In this document: positions 20,183 to 33,339 of the stretch, one piece after another
Layout of the letters: every line of letters starts with the position of its first letter
How positions within the stretch are numbered: the stretch's first letter is position 1
The notes under the pieces: model-generated
Databases searched by the model: none
The model's input: the letters and a program-made list of their open reading frames with translations, nothing else
What the model was told of the DNA's origin: nothing
Source: Ignavibacteriales bacterium
GTDB lineage: Bacteria > Bacteroidota > Ignavibacteria > T3Sed10-11
DNA length: 64,000 nucleotides
Assembly: GCA_003568415.1 (NCBI GenBank)
Contig: PWXV01000009.1
Coordinates: 7,042-71,041, forward strand
Direction: 5' to 3'
Made by a program: the position numbers and the translations under genes

Positions 20183-21166
20183 TTATGATGGTTGCCGGTA
20201 AATTATTTCAGTGAGAACCCGGCCGACAGCACCTAAAGATTCAGGACTGCACTGTTCTGGTGTATCCATTGTGGTGTGCCAGTATCGCCTGCGTTCCTCT
20301 TCAGCATCTGCACCGACCAGTTCAGCGTCGATAATGAGTGCAGTTGGAATCCCGACTTCGTTTAATGGTATGTGGTCGTCATATATTGCCGGCCCCCTGC
20401 GATCTTCAAACTGGGGTAGGTCCAGGGTTCGTGCAGTATTCCATATCAGATCCACTACCCAGGGAGCATATTGCATTGAATTAGCTTCTCGCGGAAAACG
20501 TGCTTCTTTATCACCCACCATATCGATAATAATTCCGAACCGAGGTCTGTAACCTGAGGGTTTATTTTGTGCAAAATGTTTTGCACCAAGCAAATATTGA
20601 TTGAGATCTCCCTCACGTCCATAATCCTCACCATCGAACAAAATAATATCCACACCAATGGGCGGGGAATTCTCACTAAACATTCGTGCCAGCTCGAGTA
20701 AAACCGCCACCCCGCTCGCTCCGTCATTTGCTCCGAGGATCGGATCATCCCTTTTGTCAGGGTCGGGATCATGCTCGGCACGGGGACGTGTATCCCAGTG
20801 TGCTCCGAGTAATATGCGGTTTGTTGCTTCAACATTGAAGGAAGCAATAATATTCGTCATCTGATACGAGCGTCCTCCATATCCGGTATGACGGAAACTT
20901 TGCTGATTTACAGCTTCTGCAAAATTCTGCAATTCAAACGTCAGATATTGAAGACAACGCTGGTGACCATCCGAGCCGGGATTACGCGGTCCGAAGTCTG
21001 TCTGTGCAAGCAGGTATTCAAATGCTTTTTCCTGATCGAATTCAGGAACAAACACAGCTTCTTCCTCGAGTTCAAGGGTTCTTTCTCGCTCCTCGGGACG
21101 GTCATTCCCGCACCCGGCGAAGAATATTATAAAACTTATAATTCCAGTAATATACCGTAGGTTCAT
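20183..21166 (-). CDS. M28-family lipoprotein, glutaminyl-peptide cyclotransferase-like
   Basis: 327 aa. Lipobox FFAGC, then FGPRNPGS, GAHWDTRP, GANDGASGVAVLLE and FDGEDYG. Confidence 0.7.
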   Translation of the reverse strand: MNLRYITGIISFIIFFAGCGNDRPEERERTLELEEEAVFVPEFDQEKAFEYLLAQTDFGPRNPGSDGHQRCLQYLTFELQNFAEAVNQQSFRHTGYGGRSYQMTNIIASFNVEATNRILLGAHWDTRPRAEHDPDPDKRDDPILGANDGASGVAVLLELARMFSENSPPIGVDIILFDGEDYGREGDLNQYLLGAKHFAQNKPSGYRPRFGIIIDMVGDKEARFPREANSMQYAPWVVDLIWNTARTLDLPQFEDRRGPAIYDDHIPLNEVGIPTALIIDAELVGADAEEERRRYWHTTMDTPEQCSPESLGAVGRVLTEIIYRQPS

Positions 21167-21383
21167 TAAATAACTTTCTTTCTTGGTGGCGTAACAGTAA
21201 AATCATTGCAAAAAAATATCAGCCACATACTAATGAGCATTTGCCTAAAACATAGTCTAGAAAATGATTTTGTTTTCGCTTGCCCGCCGTTTTTGGGTGG
21301 GGCTGTGTCGCATTTATATAAACTTAAAATTTACCTAAAATTCCACAAAATAACAAGTTAGCCTGTTCACCATCTCCCGGTAA

Positions 21384-21409
21384 TGTAACCTTCATAAGGG
21401 TCTGACGTA
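21384..21409 (+). promoter_or_regulatory. ECF-sigma-type promoter candidate (tGTAAC-16 nt-CGTA)
   Basis: AAC at 21387-21389 and CGT at 21406-21408 are separated by exactly 16 nt, about 75 nt upstream of the GTG at 21487. This rests on the motif only and no ECF sigma gene lies in the window. Confidence 0.2.
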
Positions 21410-21486
21410 TACTATTACGTTACAAATAATGATTTTTTAAAATAACTGGTGTATATTATAACATAAACAAATAAGGAGGAACCGTC

Positions 21487-22458
21487 GTGCAGAATAGAAA
21501 AAAAATTATTACTCGTGCCGTGAGTTTTATCATCATCTCGGTGTTGTACGTTGGTTTACTGTTAGGATTTTCCGGGGCAGTAGAACCAGCAAATTCATTG
21601 TTAGCATACCCGGTAACTGCCGATAGAGTTATTGAAAAATCGTTCGATGTTCGTGCCGACGGATTGTTGCAGCTCAATACCAGAGTGGGCGGCGTTGAAG
21701 TAGAAGGATGGGATAGAGATGAGGTCCAACTTACAATCGAAGTAAAAGGTCAGGAACGATATATAGAAGATATTGAATTTTTTATCGAATCGTCAATTGA
21801 CGGTGTTGAAATTCGTGCTGAAATTCCGAGAATTAGGTCATTATTCGGTGATTGGGGCAGGCGTTTGAATATACAGTATACTATAATGGTTCCATATGAA
21901 TATAATATGGACCTTCGTACCTCAGGTGGTAGAATAACAATAAAAAAGGTTGAAGGTGATATCAACGGACGCACATCAGGAGGTGGAGTAAACGCCGAGG
22001 ATTTAAGTGGAGCGATAGCATTAACCACCTCGGGTGGTGGAATCACGTTAGACCGGGTACGAGGTGACGTGGTGGTCAGAACCTCCGGTGGTTCAATAAC
22101 GGTTAATGGGGCGTACGGTAACCTTGAGGCACGAACCTCAGGAGGGCCTATTCGTATGTCGGATATCGATGCACAGGTTGATGCCCGGACATCAGGCGGT
22201 GGGATTACCTTTGAATCCGTTGGTATAAACAGGGGATTGAGTCTTCGCACCTCGGGAGGGAGTATCAATGTAGCATTACCCGAAGATATCAATGCCAACA
22301 TCAACGCCCGAACATCAGGCGGAAGAGTTTCAACAGATTTCCCTATAACAATGCAGGGATCAATATCAAGTTCTTCAATTGAAGGCACCATCAATAATGG
22401 AGGCCCCGAGATCGTGCTAAGAACCTCTGGCGGTAGTATCAGGATTAATAAAAACTAA
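21487..22458 (+). CDS. DUF4097-like beta-helix repeat protein (putative envelope adhesin/stress protein)
   Basis: 323 aa. GTG start behind AAGGAGGA and an N-terminal TM/signal segment. Nine (R/T)TSGG(x)I motifs; the first eight follow one another at roughly 19-21 aa intervals. Confidence 0.65.
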   Translation: MQNRKKIITRAVSFIIISVLYVGLLLGFSGAVEPANSLLAYPVTADRVIEKSFDVRADGLLQLNTRVGGVEVEGWDRDEVQLTIEVKGQERYIEDIEFFIESSIDGVEIRAEIPRIRSLFGDWGRRLNIQYTIMVPYEYNMDLRTSGGRITIKKVEGDINGRTSGGGVNAEDLSGAIALTTSGGGITLDRVRGDVVVRTSGGSITVNGAYGNLEARTSGGPIRMSDIDAQVDARTSGGGITFESVGINRGLSLRTSGGSINVALPEDINANINARTSGGRVSTDFPITMQGSISSSSIEGTINNGGPEIVLRTSGGSIRINKN

Positions 22459-22476
22459 CTAACCCTCTGAAATTTA

Positions 22477-23226
22477 ATGGAAAAACATAATTACTTAATT
22501 TTATTTCTATTATTTATTGTGCTCCTGGTTCTTTGGTCATTTGCCGGGATAGGTGTACAGGCGCAGGTTCATACGATTGAAAAATCCTATTCCGTTGAAC
22601 CGGGTGGTACGCTACGGATGAATATATCAGCCGGCAATATTGTTGTCCGTGGTTGGGAATATAATGAGGTGGAAATCCTGGCTGAGGTTTACGGATCTCC
22701 GAGGGCATTAGACAACCTTGAATTGCGATTTGAACAGGACAGGGATGATGTCATAATTCGATCCAAACGAGTGCATAGGCGATCATTCCGCGGCAGGGAA
22801 TCTGAACGTATTCATTTCACAATTTACGTACCATATCATTATCACATTCGCGTAAATGTTGCTGCGGGGAAGGTAGATGTGGACGATATTGATGGAAGTG
22901 TTCAGGTAAGGAGTTCAGCGGGATCAATACATGTATCCAATATCTTTGGACCCATAGATGCAAATGCAAGCACCGGTGCAATAAATGTGTCGCTGCTTAA
23001 CGATCCGGGACCCGTGAAATTAAATACTGCCACAGGAAGTATTGCCATCACAGTTCCTGAGGATATCAACGCCCGGTTTGTATTAAATACAGCTATCGGA
23101 AGGGTACGATGTTCACTTGAGAAATTTACCGGATCGGGAAATAGGTTATCGTTTAGCTATAACGACGGCGGCGAGCTCGTACGTGCAAACACAGCGATTG
23201 GCTCAATTCAGGTTCGTTCAAACTAG
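22477..23226 (+). CDS. DUF4097-like beta-helix protein, diverged paralogue of the preceding gene
   Basis: 249 aa. Same layout as the preceding gene (VVRGWEYNEVEILAEVYG, IHFTIYVPYHYH), with degenerate SAGSI/STGAI/ATGSI/AIGSI repeats. Confidence 0.55.
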   Translation: MEKHNYLILFLLFIVLLVLWSFAGIGVQAQVHTIEKSYSVEPGGTLRMNISAGNIVVRGWEYNEVEILAEVYGSPRALDNLELRFEQDRDDVIIRSKRVHRRSFRGRESERIHFTIYVPYHYHIRVNVAAGKVDVDDIDGSVQVRSSAGSIHVSNIFGPIDANASTGAINVSLLNDPGPVKLNTATGSIAITVPEDINARFVLNTAIGRVRCSLEKFTGSGNRLSFSYNDGGELVRANTAIGSIQVRSN

Positions 23227-23228
23227 TA

Positions 23229-24758
23229 TCAGTGTGAGGTTGCCGGGGTTGTAAGCACCGAAGCTTCACGGTTATAATGCAACAATATCTCGAAAATCTC
23301 ATCCTGAATTTGACGATATCTGCCGGCATGGCCGGTAAAATTTTGGAATAGCATTGCAACGATCAATCGTTCATCATGCAATGTATCGACATATCCTGCA
23401 ATGCTACTTACCCCTGTTAATGTCCCGCTCTTTGCTCGGACCCGCCCACGGGCACGTGAGTGAACCGCACGTCTCATGAGCGTTCCATCTACTCCTAAAA
23501 TGGCAAGACTATTTAAATAAGGCTCGAACAATTCCCCATTCTCATTCATACGATATAACAATTCAACCATAAGCCGTGTTGTTGTCAAATTATAGAATGA
23601 AACTCCCGATCCGTCGGCAAAGCGTGATATAGTATTGTTTAATCCAAGCAACGACATTGTTTCCTCCAAAACCTTACTGCCACCCCTACCCGAACCGGGA
23701 GGCCCGTACAATTCAGCTGCGAGCGTTTTCAATGTTGTTTCGGCAGCTAGATTATTACTTTCCTTATTCATTGCATTGAGAACCGAATCTATAGGCCTGT
23801 TAAACTGCATGAGCGGAACATCCGACGAATCTATTGTACCTCGAATAACTGTACCACCGGTTGCGACACCCGATGCTTCTAATTTTTCCATGAATAATAT
23901 CCCGGCAAACATCGACGGGTCACGAACCGTAACGGTGAATCTTTGTGGCAATCTTATTTTCTGTAAATCACCTTTTATTAAATATTGATTTAAATCACTC
24001 ATCCTGTTGGGCAGCACCTGTATATTCGACTGACGATTACCATTATGTTGTTCTTTCTGAATTTCATACTGGATATATGATGTATTAGGTGAGATTTCTA
24101 CTTGAATCTCTTCACCAACACCCGACGTTCGTTTTATGGATAACGTCACAACGTTATTGTTGATTGACAACGCTGAAATATGTGGAACATATGGATTTGG
24201 TTCATCATCCCACATCCATCCCGTAGGCCAGGATATAGAGTCGAAATATGTATCATCGACAACAATCTTACCGGCAATTTCCCGAATTCCAAATAATGAT
24301 AAACCGTCGACAATCCCATCGAGGTCATCCAAACTGAAAAGTGGATCTCCAAATCCCTTGATTATCAAATCTCCATCCAGGTTACCATCTATTATCTCTC
24401 CATTGCGATACACAATAGTGCGAAAATTGTAATTTGTTCCCAGATGTTTAAGCGCCGCAGCCGATGTGAACAATTTCTGATTCGATGCCGGTCGAATGAG
24501 AAGATCACTTTTGTGCGAATAAATCGTATCACCATAATCGGCAGACATAATCATTAGAGAAGGAATGGTATGGGTAAATTCCTCCCGGGCTAATATATTG
24601 TCAAGCTGGTATTCTATCTGTGATTTTTTTGCCCTCTCGACACTTGCGGTAGGGGGATCTTCAGCATCATGTACTGTCTCAGGCACCGGGGAACATGAGA
24701 TAAACAGGAATGCAGGGAATATAATACTGAAAATATATGTTATACGTAATGATATCAT
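23229..24758 (-). CDS. dacB: D-alanyl-D-alanine carboxypeptidase/endopeptidase (PBP4, S13)
   Basis: 509 aa. Contains RPASNQKLFTSAAAL (SxxK), a GSG region and KSGTLTGV (KTG-like). Confidence 0.8.
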   Translation of the reverse strand: MISLRITYIFSIIFPAFLFISCSPVPETVHDAEDPPTASVERAKKSQIEYQLDNILAREEFTHTIPSLMIMSADYGDTIYSHKSDLLIRPASNQKLFTSAAALKHLGTNYNFRTIVYRNGEIIDGNLDGDLIIKGFGDPLFSLDDLDGIVDGLSLFGIREIAGKIVVDDTYFDSISWPTGWMWDDEPNPYVPHISALSINNNVVTLSIKRTSGVGEEIQVEISPNTSYIQYEIQKEQHNGNRQSNIQVLPNRMSDLNQYLIKGDLQKIRLPQRFTVTVRDPSMFAGILFMEKLEASGVATGGTVIRGTIDSSDVPLMQFNRPIDSVLNAMNKESNNLAAETTLKTLAAELYGPPGSGRGGSKVLEETMSLLGLNNTISRFADGSGVSFYNLTTTRLMVELLYRMNENGELFEPYLNSLAILGVDGTLMRRAVHSRARGRVRAKSGTLTGVSSIAGYVDTLHDERLIVAMLFQNFTGHAGRYRQIQDEIFEILLHYNREASVLTTPATSH

Positions 24759-24831
24759 ATTCTTATTAAAGTTAATCCAGGTAAAATCTAATTATATATA
24801 TTATAAACATTTGTAAAAAAAGGCAAATTTC

Positions 24832-24860
24832 TTGAACAAGTTTAAATCAATTGGTATATT
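24832..24860 (+). promoter_or_regulatory. sigma70-like promoter candidate (TTGAAC-17 nt-TATATT) upstream of secA
   Basis: Hexamers and spacer read directly from the sequence, about 40 nt upstream of the secA ATG. Confidence 0.4.
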
Positions 24861-24900
24861 CAGAATGTATTCAGTCAATCAAAAGGAAATAAAGTAAGGT

Positions 24901-28310
<3,410 letters not shown>

Positions 28311-28415
28311 AAAACAAATATTTTCTATTTTCTACCTCATAAGGGAATTATTTATGTCTTGTTAGTTGTTAGAATTTTACAATACTTGTACGACCACTAA
28401 AACGGGAAATTCAAC

Positions 28416-30593
28416 ATGTACAGAATACATGTTGCATCGTGGTTACTGATACTATTAAGTTTTATCATTCCGGACAGGGAACTCTCCTCTCAACCCGTGT
28501 CAGGTCCTCATATAGACCGGCCTCTAAGGGCGATCATCAACCAGAATATTTCCCTGATTACTCCCGACGATCATTTTGCGATTACCGGTTTTGAAATAAA
28601 AGATACTGTATCGGTCATTATTTATGCCGATGAAAATACACTTAAATCTCTTACCGTGCCGATCTCATCTCAGCATAAAAATTTTGGTACAGCACGCCTT
28701 TCAATACAGGAATTAAAAAATCTGTTAACCGACGATGGAATCGAGCGGATAACGCTCGGGGGAACCTATCAATTTTTGCTTGACAAAAGTCGAACTGAAT
28801 TACGAACAGATCAACTGCAATCCGGTTTACTCGGTCATAAGAATTTAATAGGTGAGGGAGTATTAGTAGGTTTGATCGATACGGGAATAGATTTTTATCA
28901 TCATGATTTTCGTTACGGTAATGATTTGCAGAACTCTCGAATCTCACGTATATGGAATATGGGTACTTCTCCATTTGGTGATGAAGCACCACCGCACTCA
29001 TTCGGTTATGGTGTGGAATTCACACGTGAGGATATAGAACACGATTTCTTTGAGCCAAACCCTATTTTGAAAAGAGTTCGATCGGTCGATTTCAATGGAC
29101 ACGGGACATATATGGCCGGTGTAGTAGGAGGGAACGGTCATCGTTCAGATGGTATCTATAAAGGTAATGCACCCGGCGTCGAGTATGTCATCGTTCAGCT
29201 ACCACCATCTAATATCGGTGAAGCTACAATCATTGATGCCATTAATTATATTTTTTCCATTGCGGATAAGTATAACAAACCGGCGGTAATCAATCTCAGC
29301 ATCGGTACACATTACGGGGCGCATGATGGTACTTCTGCACTTGAATTAGTAATAGACGAATATGCCAAAGAACCGGGCAGAGCAATTGTGACTGCTGCAG
29401 GCAACAGCGGAGAAATACCCATTCATTCAGGAGGTACAATTGCGACCAATGATGAAGCAAATATTAACATCTACGTCGGGGAAACCGAATCATCAAACAT
29501 CTCCGACATTGTGGTATGGAGTCAGCTCTGGTACGAATCGGATGGAGATGTTACTGCTACGATAACAACTCCTCAAGGTGAAGAAATCTCCGTCGTAAGC
29601 GGTGAAGAAAAAATTGTTACCACTGCAGACGGCATTATTGACATAGAAACAATGGGGGATTATAGGAACAAAAAGGGAGCACGGGTCTTTGATATAGTTT
29701 TTCACACCGACCGGGAAACCGAATCATTTTCTTTCGGCGATTGGGAACTACTGATATCATCAGTTGATGCAAACATTACATATAATATGTGGCTTGTTAG
29801 CTCCAACGCTCCCGTAATCAATATACAACCTAATACAGGCCGGAATTACACTGTGATGACGCCGGCTACTGCTAAATCTGCCATTAGTGTAGGATCATAT
29901 ATAATACGGAATTCATGGGAGTCATATATCGGTACCATAACCAGCAATGCTGAACTAGATGAACTATCGAGCTTCAGCAGCGGCGGGCCTACACGGGACG
30001 GCCGGGTTAAACCAGAAATAACTGCTCCCGGTGAAATTATCATCTCTACATTATCGGATAATGCCCGCTACAGGTTTTTTACCAGATTCGAGCACGATTG
30101 GTATGATGCAAAAGAAGGAACAAGCATCTCTGCAGCACAGGTTACCGGAATTATAGCCCTGTTGATGGAACACAATCCCGGGTTACGCGGAATTGATATA
30201 CGGGATATTCTTATGAATTCTGCACGTCAGGATAACTATACTCAAAATATACCCAACAATTTCTGGGGAAGTGGCAAAGCCGATGCATATGCGGCGGTTG
30301 GTTATGCCGGCGGATTTATGGAAATTCCTTATTCTACAAAATTATCGTACAACTATCCGAATCCTTTTAACAATTCAACCATTATACAGTTCACCCTTGA
30401 GCGTGATTCTCACGTAAACCTTTCGGTATATGATATCCTGGGGAGGAAAATAGAAACGTTGGTCGATGAGGTTCTCGGTCCTAATATCCATGCGGTGCGT
30501 TTCGATGCTGTAGGATTAAGTTCGGGGGTATACTTTTACAGAATCGACACTGACGCTTATACCGATGTGAAACGCATGGTTTTAATCAGGTGA
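28416..30593 (+). CDS. secreted subtilisin-like S8 serine peptidase with T9SS C-terminal sorting domain
   Basis: 725 aa with a signal peptide. The catalytic triad contexts are GLIDTGID, HGTYMAGVV and GTSISAAQVTG. Confidence 0.85.
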   Translation: MYRIHVASWLLILLSFIIPDRELSSQPVSGPHIDRPLRAIINQNISLITPDDHFAITGFEIKDTVSVIIYADENTLKSLTVPISSQHKNFGTARLSIQELKNLLTDDGIERITLGGTYQFLLDKSRTELRTDQLQSGLLGHKNLIGEGVLVGLIDTGIDFYHHDFRYGNDLQNSRISRIWNMGTSPFGDEAPPHSFGYGVEFTREDIEHDFFEPNPILKRVRSVDFNGHGTYMAGVVGGNGHRSDGIYKGNAPGVEYVIVQLPPSNIGEATIIDAINYIFSIADKYNKPAVINLSIGTHYGAHDGTSALELVIDEYAKEPGRAIVTAAGNSGEIPIHSGGTIATNDEANINIYVGETESSNISDIVVWSQLWYESDGDVTATITTPQGEEISVVSGEEKIVTTADGIIDIETMGDYRNKKGARVFDIVFHTDRETESFSFGDWELLISSVDANITYNMWLVSSNAPVINIQPNTGRNYTVMTPATAKSAISVGSYIIRNSWESYIGTITSNAELDELSSFSSGGPTRDGRVKPEITAPGEIIISTLSDNARYRFFTRFEHDWYDAKEGTSISAAQVTGIIALLMEHNPGLRGIDIRDILMNSARQDNYTQNIPNNFWGSGKADAYAAVGYAGGFMEIPYSTKLSYNYPNPFNNSTIIQFTLERDSHVNLSVYDILGRKIETLVDEVLGPNIHAVRFDAVGLSSGVYFYRIDTDAYTDVKRMVLIR
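30339..30590 (+). other. type IX secretion C-terminal sorting domain (type A CTD) of the S8 peptidase
   Basis: YNYPNPFNNSTIIQFTL...VNLSVYDILGRKIETLVDE...GVYFYRIDTDAYTDVKRMVLIR matches the Por-secretion tail pattern. Confidence 0.7.
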
Positions 30594-30595
30594 AT

Positions 30596-31810
30596 TTATA
30601 CAACAGCTTTTTCTTTTTCCTGAACGATAGTCATCGTATCGAGAGCTATCATCAACTCTTCATTTGTCGGTATGACATATACTGAGACAGTGCTGTCAGG
30701 GGTTGTGATTTTCATTTCATTTTTTGCCGAAGCATTCAATGATTCATCGATATTTATTCCGAGATATGACAACCCGGAAAGACTTTTCATTCTTACATCC
30801 GCACTGTTCTCACCAATACCACCGGTAAAAATTATGGCGTCAAGTCCGTTGAGTGCGGCAGCATATGCACCGATATATTTTTTTATTCGATAGCAAAACA
30901 CATTAAACGCATGCGCAGCTTGTTTATTGCCTTCCTGTGCTTCTTCGAGCACATCGCGCATATCACTGCTCACGCCTGAAATTCCCATTAACCCACTGTG
31001 TTTATTGAGCAATGCATTTGCCTCTGATGATCCGAGTTCTTCTTTCGCCATAATGTACAGGATTACCGACGGATCCATGTCGCCCGAACGAGTTCCCATT
31101 AATAAACCTTCGAGCGGTGTGAAGCCCATAGTTGTATCGATAGAAGTGCCGCCGTCAATGGCAGCCATACTGCAGCCATTCCCGAGGTGGCAGGTAATCA
31201 GTTTCAGTGAATCATACGGCTTTTCCATCAATCTGGCGACTCGTTCGGAAACATACCGGTGAGATGTACCGTGAAATCCATAGCGCCGGATTTTATAGCG
31301 GCGATATAGTGAATAAGGAATTCCGTATAAGTATGCATACGGCGACATTTTTTGATGAAATGCAGTGTCAAAGACAGCCACCTGAGGGGTATCGGGTAAA
31401 TGATTAATACACGCAGTGATACCGCGTAAATTATGAGGATTATGTAACGGGGCAAGTTCAATATTGTCTCTGATACCCTTTACAACATCATCGGTTATTA
31501 AGACGGATTGCGTGAATGTCTCACCACCATGTACGACGCGGTGACCGACGGCATCAATTTCTTTTTTATCCTTGATCACTCCGTGATTTTTACTCAATAA
31601 AACAGCCAGTATATAATCAATTGCGATTGCATGATCCAGTATCTCACCGCTGATTGCAATTTCATCACCATCATGCCGTTTATTTCGTAACACAGCACCG
31701 CTCATCCCGATACGCTCAACAATTCCCTGTGCCAGTTCTCTCTGGGTATCCGGGTTAATAAATTGATATTTTACCGAAGAGCTTCCGCAATTCAAAACGA
31801 GTATATTCAT
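30596..31810 (-). CDS. ackA: acetate kinase
   Basis: 404 aa. Contains ILVLNCGSSSVKYQ, VGHRVVHGG, RYGFHGTSH and TCHLGNG. Confidence 0.9.
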   Translation of the reverse strand: MNILVLNCGSSSVKYQFINPDTQRELAQGIVERIGMSGAVLRNKRHDGDEIAISGEILDHAIAIDYILAVLLSKNHGVIKDKKEIDAVGHRVVHGGETFTQSVLITDDVVKGIRDNIELAPLHNPHNLRGITACINHLPDTPQVAVFDTAFHQKMSPYAYLYGIPYSLYRRYKIRRYGFHGTSHRYVSERVARLMEKPYDSLKLITCHLGNGCSMAAIDGGTSIDTTMGFTPLEGLLMGTRSGDMDPSVILYIMAKEELGSSEANALLNKHSGLMGISGVSSDMRDVLEEAQEGNKQAAHAFNVFCYRIKKYIGAYAAALNGLDAIIFTGGIGENSADVRMKSLSGLSYLGINIDESLNASAKNEMKITTPDSTVSVYVIPTNEELMIALDTMTIVQEKEKAVV

Positions 31811-32748
31811 AATATTTTCTGTCCGAGTTCGTTATATTTAAAAAATCCTTCACCTGTTTTTTTACCAAGTTTACCTTCGCGTACGAGTTTTTTTAGAATA
31901 GGGCAGGGACGATATTTTAAATCTCCGAGTTCATGAAAGAGGGTTTCCATCCACGTATGAACTTCATCAAGTCCTATTGTATCCGCTAGCTCCAGTGGTC
32001 CCATTGGTTGATTGTAACCGAGACGCATTGCTGTATCGATACCCTCAGCACTGGCGATACCTTCCATTAATACGTGCATCGCTTCATTGAGCATCGGAAC
32101 AATGACTCGTGTGGTAACGAATCCGGGATATTCGTATACCTCAACGACCGTTTTATTGAGTTGTTCGGCGAATGCCTTTACTTTTTTAAAGGTATCATCG
32201 GATGTTTTTAATGCCCGAACAATCTCTACAAGAGGAACCTTGGGAACCGGCTGCAGGAAGTGCATCCCGATTATTTTATCCGCACGGTTCGTTTTATCGG
32301 CAAGCTTGGTTAGATTAAGTGTTGAGGTATTTGAAATAAAGATAGTTTCATCGGAACATAAATCATCTAATGTTGTCAGAAGGTCTTCCTTTGCCTTGAA
32401 TTCTTCATCAATCGCTTCAATGACGATATCGCATTCTGTCACCTGTTCAAGGTCATCGGTAACTTTAATTCTTGATAATATTGATTGTCGTTCACTTTTT
32501 GTGATTGCCCAGCGCTGAATCTCCCGGTCGAGATTCTGCTTAATAACTTCCATACTTTCTTCGGCAACATCCTGGTTTCGTTCGACGCCAAGAACGTCAA
32601 TGCCGGCTGCTGCAATTGCCTGTGCAATACCGCGTCCCATCACTCCAATGCCGATAATGGCAACATAACTAATTTGCTCGGTCTCAGACTGCGTGGGGAG
32701 GGTATCACCGAGGAGGTCTTCGATTTTCTGAGGGTTTTCTTTGTTCAT
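31807..32748 (-). CDS. hbd: 3-hydroxyacyl/3-hydroxybutyryl-CoA dehydrogenase
   Basis: 313 aa. Contains IIGIGVMGRGIAQ (Rossmann), NTSTL, GMHFLQPVP and GFVTTR. 4-nt overlap with ackA. Confidence 0.85.
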   Translation of the reverse strand: MNKENPQKIEDLLGDTLPTQSETEQISYVAIIGIGVMGRGIAQAIAAAGIDVLGVERNQDVAEESMEVIKQNLDREIQRWAITKSERQSILSRIKVTDDLEQVTECDIVIEAIDEEFKAKEDLLTTLDDLCSDETIFISNTSTLNLTKLADKTNRADKIIGMHFLQPVPKVPLVEIVRALKTSDDTFKKVKAFAEQLNKTVVEVYEYPGFVTTRVIVPMLNEAMHVLMEGIASAEGIDTAMRLGYNQPMGPLELADTIGLDEVHTWMETLFHELGDLKYRPCPILKKLVREGKLGKKTGEGFFKYNELGQKIL

Positions 32749-32934
32749 CTATAACTTACTTCATTATGAGGGGTTAAAAAAATAAATTTGAGGTGTAATA
32801 AATGTACGAAAAGTATCATTGTAAATCAATATTTCTTAACGGTTTGGCTGTTTGAATTTATCGTGTATTTTTTTATATTAGTATAATACAAAATCGGATA
32901 AAATAGGTCGTATTTATAAATTGACGAGAGGAAA

Positions 32935-33339
32935 ATGTTACGGCTTTCGAAGCGCGTTGAATATGGATTGATTGCGTTACGCCACTTTGCTGCAATACAG
33001 GAGGGAAGGGTATGTACGGCAAAAGAAATATCACAAAAATATAATGTCCCCCATGAGTTGCTTGCAAAGGTGTTGCAGAAACTTGCGCAGGCACAAATCA
33101 TTCAATCATATCAAGGTGTGCGGGGCGGCTATGTGCTTGCTCATAATCCTGCAACGATAAAAATCTCGGATGTGATTAATGCCATTGAACATGAAAAACC
33201 TATGCTTGCTGAATGTTACGCCGATGGACCTGAAAGCTGTATAATTTTTGATGATTGTACCATACGCCGCCCACTCGGTAAAATTCAAAAAAACATTAAC
33301 AATTTTTTCCACAGTATGTCAATAGCTGAAATCGTTTGA
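32935..33339 (+). CDS. iscR: Rrf2-family transcriptional regulator (IscR-like, three-Cys cluster site)
   Basis: 134 aa. MLRLSKRVEYGLIAL wHTH, with three Cys spaced as in Fe-S-binding Rrf2 proteins (CYADGPESCIIFDDC). Confidence 0.8.
   Translation: MLRLSKRVEYGLIALRHFAAIQEGRVCTAKEISQKYNVPHELLAKVLQKLAQAQIIQSYQGVRGGYVLAHNPATIKISDVINAIEHEKPMLAECYADGPESCIIFDDCTIRRPLGKIQKNINNFFHSMSIAEIV

Noticed and set aside
21167-21486. 320-nt intergenic region considered as a structured ncRNA or riboswitch
   Set aside because: I could not recognise any conserved riboswitch, SRP, 6S, tmRNA or RNase P motif, only short weak hairpins. It is kept only as a possible long leader/promoter region in the findings.
21750-22394. 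214-aa minus-strand ORF with repeated PPEVR motifs
   Set aside because: It is the antisense image of the RTSGG repeats of the DUF4097-like gene. It has no SD or signal features, and the plus-strand gene has a strong SD and a coherent domain layout.
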